Of a stretch of 19,863 nt of DNA, positions 15,051 to 19,863 are shown one piece after another. The notes under the pieces are model-generated. The model was not told the origin of the DNA and ran no database searches. It saw only the letters and a list, made by a program, of their open reading frames with translations. Position 1 is the first letter of the stretch. The number at the start of each line of letters is the position of its first letter. The stretch is from Candidatus Iainarchaeum sp. Its GTDB lineage: Archaea; Iainarchaeota; Iainarchaeia; Iainarchaeales; GCA-2688035. The position numbers and the translations under genes are program-made. Location: positions 1 to 19,863 of the forward strand of contig JAQTNI010000023.1 in NCBI GenBank assembly GCA_028713935.1, written 5' to 3'.

Positions 15051-15569
15051 ATGCAGAGAAAAAGGATTTTTTTTTTGCTCGGCATAAGTGTTTTTGCGAT
15101 TGTATTGGGAATTGGTTTTTTTACCCTGGCAAACCCAAGCCTCACGGGATTTTTTGGATTGCCCAAAGGAACTGAATCTGCAATAGCAGGGCTTCCTTCC
15201 TTGGAAAACAATGAAAAAATTCCTGAAAAAACTGGCTTGGGAGCGGAATTATCAATAAGCGTGCTTAAAAAATCCCTGCTTTCCGCAAAGCTTTTTTTGC
15301 AAGGCAGAATTCCAAACTGCCCTGAAACAACAGACGCAAATGTTATTGTTGAAAACAGGGGAAATGAAAAAATAGAAGCTATAAAAATAAAGACAACTTC
15401 GCAGCTTCAAATAAGGGCTTGTTCAAACTGTACAGTGGATACAATCGGCATTGGAGAAACCAAAAAAATACAGTTAAAGCTCTGCAATGCTTCGGAAGAA
15501 ACCCCCTTAATCATTGTTTCATCAGCAAACACTGAGCAGATTGAAATCAGGGTTGACAAAAGCGGATAA
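15051..15569 (+). CDS. N-terminally membrane-anchored protein with a Cys-containing beta-sandwich (CARDB-like) ectodomain
   Basis: ATG 15051 lies 10 nt after the upstream stop. TM anchor RIFFLLGISVFAIVLGIGFFTLA. Ectodomain ANVIVENRGNEKIEAIKIKTTS...IGIGETKKIQLKLCNASEE resembles the C-terminal domain of the upstream gene. Confidence 0.55.
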   Translation: MQRKRIFFLLGISVFAIVLGIGFFTLANPSLTGFFGLPKGTESAIAGLPSLENNEKIPEKTGLGAELSISVLKKSLLSAKLFLQGRIPNCPETTDANVIVENRGNEKIEAIKIKTTSQLQIRACSNCTVDTIGIGETKKIQLKLCNASEETPLIIVSSANTEQIEIRVDKSG

Positions 15570-15690
15570 AAAAATCATTTTTCCAGAAGCCCTTTTTTCT
15601 TCAGCATTAAATAGGGGTAGCCTCTTTTGTCTGTTTTTGAAGCATCAATGTTGTTGTGGGCCATATACAATCATTTCACAAAAAGTGTTT

Positions 15691-16293
15691 TTATCTGCGT
15701 CTGCGCTTTCGCAAGGGCATTTTTGCTTTCTTTTTTATTGCGCGCTGTACTGCACAGGTTGCGGAAAATCTTTCATGGGCAAGTGCTTCTTTGAGAGTAA
15801 GGCCAACAAAATGGATTTCATCAATAGGAACGCCTAGTGCCCTTGCAATTCCAAGCGAGTGCATCCCACCAATAATTGCCATTGGCAAATTAGTTCGTTG
15901 AATCTGCTTAACCATTATTCTAGTGTCCTTAATTGAACTGAAACTAATAATATAGTTAATATGCATAAAGTATACCAGCGAGAGGCCAGCAAGAGACTGT
16001 TCTAAAAGCAAACGATTCAAATATTCACGGGAAAATTGAGAGCCCAAAGGCACAACTGCAATGCCTCTTGTTTCAGCATATTTTTTAAGTTGGCTAAAAA
16101 AGTCAGGCTCTGGGTTATATGAAATGCCTGGGCACTTTTTTTCAAGTCTTTTTTGCATCCACTTAATAAACTTTGGAGACTGGGGGCGTTCAATGCCAAT
16201 TTGCCTGATTCCCTTTTGGCGAGCTTCATCAATAATTGCCTTGCATTCTTCCAAATTATGCGGTTTATGTTCCACACCAATTATTTCTGTCAT
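15691..16293 (-). CDS. Hypothetical protein, possibly TraB/TIKI/ChaN-like fold, with a poly-basic C-terminal tail
   Basis: 200 aa, starting 6 nt downstream of the alaS stop. Paired GxxH-type motifs at both ends (IIGVEH near the N-terminus, AIIGGMHSLGIA near the C-terminus) as in the TraB/TIKI family. Tail KKKAKMPLRKRRRR. The assignment is tentative. Confidence 0.45.
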   Translation of the reverse strand: MTEIIGVEHKPHNLEECKAIIDEARQKGIRQIGIERPQSPKFIKWMQKRLEKKCPGISYNPEPDFFSQLKKYAETRGIAVVPLGSQFSREYLNRLLLEQSLAGLSLVYFMHINYIISFSSIKDTRIMVKQIQRTNLPMAIIGGMHSLGIARALGVPIDEIHFVGLTLKEALAHERFSATCAVQRAIKKKAKMPLRKRRRR

Positions 16294-16299
16294 AATTTT

Positions 16300-18075
16300 C
16301 TATTCCAATACTGCTTTTATTCTTCTCACGCCTGCGCTAACTGCTTCTTCTTTTGTAATCTTGAACCTGCCCAGTTCTGAAGTGTTTTTTACATGGGGGC
16401 CTGCACAGACTTCTTTTGAAAACCCGCTTATTGTGTAAACAGAAACTTTTTCTGGAACATATTTTGATTCAAAAAAAGCAAGTGCGCCTTCTTTTCGGGC
16501 CTGTTCAAGCGAAGTTTCTTTTCTTTCAACAGGAAGCTTTTTCTGGATCGCCTCGTTTACAAGGGATTCAACTTTTTTTAACTGTTCTTCTGTCAGCTTT
16601 TCCGGATATGAAAAATCAAAGCGCAGCCTTTCAGGAGTTATATTTGAGCCTTTTTGCTGGGCATGTTCTCCAAGAACTTTTCGCAGGGCTGCATGAAGAA
16701 GGTGTGTTGCGGTGTGAAGTTTTGTTGTTTCAATGCTGTTGTCCTGCAATCCGGACTTGAATTTTTGTTCCGAACCTTTTCTTGAAAGTTCCTGGTGTTT
16801 TTCAAATTCTTTTTCAAATTCTTTTTTGTCAATTGCAAGGCCTTTTTCTTTTGCAAGGTCAATTGTCATTTCAAGGGGAAATCCTTCTGACTGGTAAAGC
16901 AGAAAAGCGTCTTTTGCAGTTATTTTGCCATTGTTCTGCCTGAAAAGTTTTTCAAATTCTTTTATGCCATTGGCAAGAACCCTTGAAAAGCGCTCTTCTT
17001 CCTTGTCAAGCTCTGAATAAATGGCCTGCTCGTATTTTTTTAACTGGGGCCATTCTTCGGAATAAATTTTTACAAAGATTTTTGCTATTTTGCCGCAAAA
17101 TTTTTGTTCTATTCCAAGAAGCGAGCCCTGCCTTACTGCCCTTCTGATAAGCCTCCTGAGAATATATCCCTGTTCAACATTGCTTGGCACGATTCCTTTT
17201 CCTTCCGAAAGAAGAAAAGAGGCTGCGCGCAAATGGTCTGCAATAATCCTTTTTGAGGTTTCAAGACCTTTGTTTTTGGAAAGCTTTGCAATTTCATCCA
17301 TTGCTGGCTTGAACATTTCTGTTTCATAAACGCTTGTTTTTCCCTGCAACATTGTGATTGTCCTTTCAAGGCCCATTCCAGTGTCAACATTTTTTTGTTT
17401 GAGCAATTCAAATTTGCCTTCAGCTGTCTTGTTGTACTGCATGAAAACATCATTCCAGATTTCAAAGTATTTGCCACAGTGGCAGCCAGGCCCGCAATCA
17501 GGCCCGCACTTTTGTTTTCCAGTGTCATAAAACATTTCAGTGTCAGGGCCGCAGGGACCTGTTTTTCCAGCGGGGCCCCACCAATTATCCTCTTTGGAAT
17601 TGAAAAAAATCCTTTCTTTTGGAATTCCGCATTCCTGCCAGATTTTTGCGCTTTCCTCATCGCGGGGTGCATCCTTGTCTCCTGCAAAACAGGTTACAAA
17701 AATTTTGTTTTTGTCAAGGCAAAGCCATTTTTTTCCAGTGAGAAATTCGTGGCTCCATGAAATCGCTTCTTTTTTGAAATAATCCCCTAAAGACCAGTTG
17801 CCAAGCATGAAAAAAAATGTCAGGTGTGAAGCATTGCCAACTTCTTCAATGTCGCCAGTGCGCAGGCATTTCTGTATGCCAACAAGCCTTTTTCCAAGCG
17901 GGTGTGGCTGGCTTAAAAGGTAAGGCACGAGCGGGTGCATTCCTGCAGCAGTGAACAAAACAGTGGGGTCATTTTCAGGAATAAGGGAAGCACTGGGAAT
18001 AATTGCGTGCCCCTTGGTTTTGAAAAAATCAAGGTATTTTTCAACAAGCTTTTTTGCAGTCCAATTCCCAGCCAT
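16300..18075 (-). CDS. alaS: Alanyl-tRNA synthetase, bacterial-type catalytic and editing domains, lacking the C-Ala domain
   Basis: N-terminus FFKTKGHAIIPSASLIPENDPTVLFTAAGM. Editing-domain zinc motifs HTATHLLHAAL and CAGPHV. The protein ends at GVRRIKAVLE (591 aa from ATG 18075; the track start at 18096 is TTG). Confidence 0.93.
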   Translation of the reverse strand: MAGNWTAKKLVEKYLDFFKTKGHAIIPSASLIPENDPTVLFTAAGMHPLVPYLLSQPHPLGKRLVGIQKCLRTGDIEEVGNASHLTFFFMLGNWSLGDYFKKEAISWSHEFLTGKKWLCLDKNKIFVTCFAGDKDAPRDEESAKIWQECGIPKERIFFNSKEDNWWGPAGKTGPCGPDTEMFYDTGKQKCGPDCGPGCHCGKYFEIWNDVFMQYNKTAEGKFELLKQKNVDTGMGLERTITMLQGKTSVYETEMFKPAMDEIAKLSKNKGLETSKRIIADHLRAASFLLSEGKGIVPSNVEQGYILRRLIRRAVRQGSLLGIEQKFCGKIAKIFVKIYSEEWPQLKKYEQAIYSELDKEEERFSRVLANGIKEFEKLFRQNNGKITAKDAFLLYQSEGFPLEMTIDLAKEKGLAIDKKEFEKEFEKHQELSRKGSEQKFKSGLQDNSIETTKLHTATHLLHAALRKVLGEHAQQKGSNITPERLRFDFSYPEKLTEEQLKKVESLVNEAIQKKLPVERKETSLEQARKEGALAFFESKYVPEKVSVYTISGFSKEVCAGPHVKNTSELGRFKITKEEAVSAGVRRIKAVLE

Positions 18076-18145
18076 ATAAAAAACCAAAATTGCCAATTAA
18101 CCTAATTAGAAATAAAATTGGAACAATTAAAAAAATAGTATTAAA

Positions 18146-18423
18146 GACCAAGCAGGGGGTAGTAAGCCGGCTTCTGTTTCAACAATATCGCTTGATATTG
18201 TTTAGCTTGCATTCGCCTAAGCGGCTCTAAGGCCTTGCACTTCCCCGCCTTTGACAGCGGTTTTAACCCCAAGCCGTTTCATCCTTTTGCTTGCGCAAAA
18301 GGTATCGTTTCTGTTCTCGGGGACTTCCTTTCAGAAGTGAATTTTTACCTGAAGTGGCCGGACTTTCCTCAGCTGCCAAAACTTGCGCTTTGGCTACCGT
18401 CAGCAAGCCACCCTCTACTTGGC
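18146..18423 (-). ncRNA. rnpB: RNase P RNA (about 278 nt, type-A-like)
   Basis: On the minus strand, CR-I GAGGAAAGUCCGG (complement of 18359-18371) and CR-V ACAGAAGCCGGCUUAC (complement of 18161-18176) can form P4, including the bulged U. The termini pair as P1/P2 (GCCAAGUAGAGGGU with ACCCCCUGCUUGGU). Internal GNRA-capped hairpin CCUUUUGC-GCAA-GCAAAAGG. A TATA-like box lies ~25 nt upstream. Confidence 0.85.
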
Positions 18424-18444
18424 AAAAATAATTATGTTGCAATA

Positions 18445-18452
18445 AATATAAA
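18445..18452 (-). promoter_or_regulatory. TATA-like box (TTTATATT on the minus strand) about 25 nt upstream of the RNase P RNA 5' end
   Basis: The minus strand reads GGTATTTATATTTATT. Spacing to the predicted P1 5' end (18423) matches archaeal promoters. Confidence 0.45.
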
Positions 18453-18476
18453 TACCAATTTGTTGATTTTTAATGG

Positions 18477-18992
18477 TTGTTTGGAAGTGATTTTTTGGCA
18501 AGGGTAATTGAAGTAAAAACAGTGCATCATATTGGGCCTGAACGCAGAGCAAACCCCAATAGAAGAGCTGAATCGGCTGTCAGGCGGAAGAGGCTGAGTG
18601 GCCTTCAGGATGTTGAAAAAGCAAGCATTGGGAAATCAATTTTTGAAAATAGCCAAGCATTGGGCATTGAACATTACAATCCAAAGAAAGCCAATGAAAT
18701 TGTTAATTCCCTTAGGGCAATGAGCAGAGTGGATGTTGGGCGCAGTATTAGCAACAGTGATTGGGCTAAATGGGACCTGAATATTTTTCCTGAAGCGGCA
18801 CGGCAGGATAAAGCTTCAAGAAACCGCAAAAGCGCAACCGGGCCTGCAACAATAATGCCTTTTAAAAATCCTTCAGGAACAGCAAGAGGATTTCTTGTTT
18901 TCATTAATGGGCACACGTATATTACCAGTTCAAGGCGTTTTGCCGAGAGGCGCAATTCCAAAGGCAAAACAACAGTGGTTTTGAAGCAATGA
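18477..18992 (+). CDS. Hypothetical Arg-rich basic protein, no recognisable family; coding status uncertain
   Basis: 171-aa frame opening with TTG; the first ATG is at aa 82. Codon pattern looks protein-like. Composition is atypical for this window: Arg-rich rather than Lys-rich, and locally GC-rich at the 5' end. A 48-nt gap separates it from the downstream GIY-YIG gene on the same strand. Confidence 0.35.
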   Translation: MFGSDFLARVIEVKTVHHIGPERRANPNRRAESAVRRKRLSGLQDVEKASIGKSIFENSQALGIEHYNPKKANEIVNSLRAMSRVDVGRSISNSDWAKWDLNIFPEAARQDKASRNRKSATGPATIMPFKNPSGTARGFLVFINGHTYITSSRRFAERRNSKGKTTVVLKQ

Positions 18993-19039
18993 TTTTTTTC
19001 TGCAATTTGCATAATTTTAACAAATCCAGGAAATTTACA

Positions 19040-19303
19040 ATGACTTTTTTTGTTTATTTGTTGCGTTGTAAAGACTGTTCTTTTTATTGCGGCTGGACAA
19101 ATAACCTTGAAAAAAGAATCAATGCGCATAATGCGGGAACAGCAAGCAAATACACAAAAAGCAGGAGGCCAGTGCATCTTGTGTATGTTGAAAAAACAAA
19201 AAACTTGTCAAGCGCTTTGCGGCGGGAATTTCAAATAAAAAAATTAAGCCATAATCAAAAAGAAAACCTGGTTAACTCCAAGAAAAAATATTCTTCAAAT
19301 TAA
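19040..19303 (+). CDS. GIY-YIG nuclease-superfamily protein (UPF0213/YhbQ-like)
   Basis: MTFFVYLLRCKDCSFYCGWTNNLEKRINAHNAGTASKYTKSRRPVHLVYVEKTKNLSSALRREFQIKKLS matches the small stand-alone GIY-YIG family pattern. Start taken at ATG 19040. Confidence 0.8.
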   Translation: MTFFVYLLRCKDCSFYCGWTNNLEKRINAHNAGTASKYTKSRRPVHLVYVEKTKNLSSALRREFQIKKLSHNQKENLVNSKKKYSSN

Positions 19304-19384
19304 TTAATCAGAAAAAAAATTAAAGAGTGATGAATTCACGCATTGGAAGACTGCTTTTTGCAATTAATTACTCTTAGTAGTTTT

Positions 19385-19863
19385 TTGAACCCTCGGGTTT
19401 TTAGTATTGGAAGGCTGAACACGTCGCCGAAGCTTCGTGCTTACACCACCAACCTATCAAGCCAATGTTCTATTGGCACCCTCGCCCTTACAGCCATTTC
19501 CTTGCAGAAACGGTTTTCAGGGATGATTGTCTAGTCTAAGGGGTTGTTTCGAGCTTAGATGCTTTCAGCTCTTATCAACTACAGCGTGGCTACCCAGCGA
19601 TGCCTTGTCAGACAACTGGCACACTAGAGGCTGCAGTGCCACGTTCCTCTCGTACTCATGGCACTTTCCCCGCAGACAATCCGCACTTCTAACAGATAGT
19701 ATCCAAACTGGCTCGCACCGTTCTTAACCCAACTAGCGAAAGGCTTTAATAAGTTAACACCTTCACCCTTGGCTGCTTGTGCACAGCCAGGATGCCTTGA
19801 GACGACGGCGAGGTAGCAAACCGCGGGGTCGATGTGGACTCTCACCCGCGACGACACAGTTAC
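19385..19863 (-). rRNA. rrl: 23S rRNA, 3'-terminal ~480 nt (domains V/VI), continuing beyond the window edge
   Basis: On the minus strand: sarcin-ricin loop AGUACGAGAGGAAC (complement of 19633-19646), GCUGAAAGCAUCUAAGC, UUGAUAGG...GUGUAAGC, GGGUUAAGAAC and GCUACCUCG blocks in the order expected for 23S. The 3' end is estimated near 19385. No 5S gene follows. Confidence 0.9.

Noticed and set aside
18235-18507. 90-aa plus-strand ORF
   Set aside because: It lies antisense across the RNase P RNA, whose CR-I/CR-V motifs and P1/P2/P4 pairings explain the region. The open frame is most likely a by-product of the GC-richer structured RNA.
18579-18598. SRP RNA helix-8-like string GUCAGGCGGAAGAGGCUGAG
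   Set aside because: The bases flanking the GGAA do not pair as in the conserved SRP helix 8 (only one closing C-G). No matching 5' domain or helix-6 motif was seen nearby.
18674-19177. 167-aa minus-strand ORF
   Set aside because: It is antisense to both the Arg-rich ORF and the well-supported GIY-YIG gene. Its Leu/Cys/Phe-rich composition is typical of a non-coding shadow frame.
19323-19375. Inverted repeat AAGAGT...ACTCTT containing GUGAUGA, considered as a C/D box sRNA
   Set aside because: No D box lies at an appropriate distance on the plus strand. On the minus strand it is simply a hairpin followed by an oligo-T run just downstream of the 23S 3' end, so it is more plausibly the rRNA trailer or terminator.
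19343-19857. ORFs 19343..19534, 19527..19727 (+) and 19624..19857 (-)
   Set aside because: They fall within the 23S rRNA 3' domain, which is supported by the sarcin-ricin loop and GCUGAAAGCAUCUAAGC.
1-19863. CRISPR arrays, transposases/integrases, toxin-antitoxin pairs or known defence-system genes
   Set aside because: No regularly spaced direct repeats, no recombinase or transposase motifs, and no recognisable defence gene signatures were seen on either strand.

Overview
AT-rich (about 35-40% GC by eye), gene-dense window with no visible transposase, integrase or CRISPR array. The non-coding signals look archaeal. There is a tRNA-Arg(UCU) split by a ~96-nt intron at the canonical 37/38 site with a relaxed bulge-helix-bulge junction. 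TTTATAAA / TTTTTAAA boxes sit ~26-30 nt upstream of ATG codons, which suggests leaderless mRNAs. A ~278-nt RNase P RNA is present, and the 23S rRNA 3' end resembles archaeal sequences. Two of the three aminoacyl-tRNA synthetases (LeuRS, AlaRS) are bacterial-type, a mix that fits a reduced DPANN-like archaeon. Genes in order: small membrane proteins, AlkD-like DNA alkylation repair protein, intron-containing tRNA-Arg, secreted Tyr-rich protein, LivJ-type lipoprotein, Nudix hydrolase, ArgRS, a four-gene minus-strand operon (two paralogous radical-SAM/twitch enzymes, a cupin with a degenerate metal site, an 80-aa coiled-coil protein) opposite a tandem Lrp/AsnC regulator, LeuRS, a membrane protein, an ArsR-type regulator fused to a DUF4430-like domain opposite a secreted DUF4430 + alpha/alpha-toroid + beta-sandwich protein, a TraB/TIKI-like protein, a C-Ala-less AlaRS, RNase P RNA, an Arg-rich hypothetical protein, a GIY-YIG protein and the 23S rRNA 3' end. 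The strongest novelty candidate is a complete YdeN/RBBP9-type serine-hydrolase domain (intact Ser-Asp-His triad) inserted inside LeuRS just before the CP1 editing domain. Secondary candidates are the radical-SAM/cupin operon, the shared-domain regulator/surface-binder pair, the large structured tRNA intron, and unusual substitutions at normally invariant 23S positions. All family assignments come from motif reading by eye; no searches were run.
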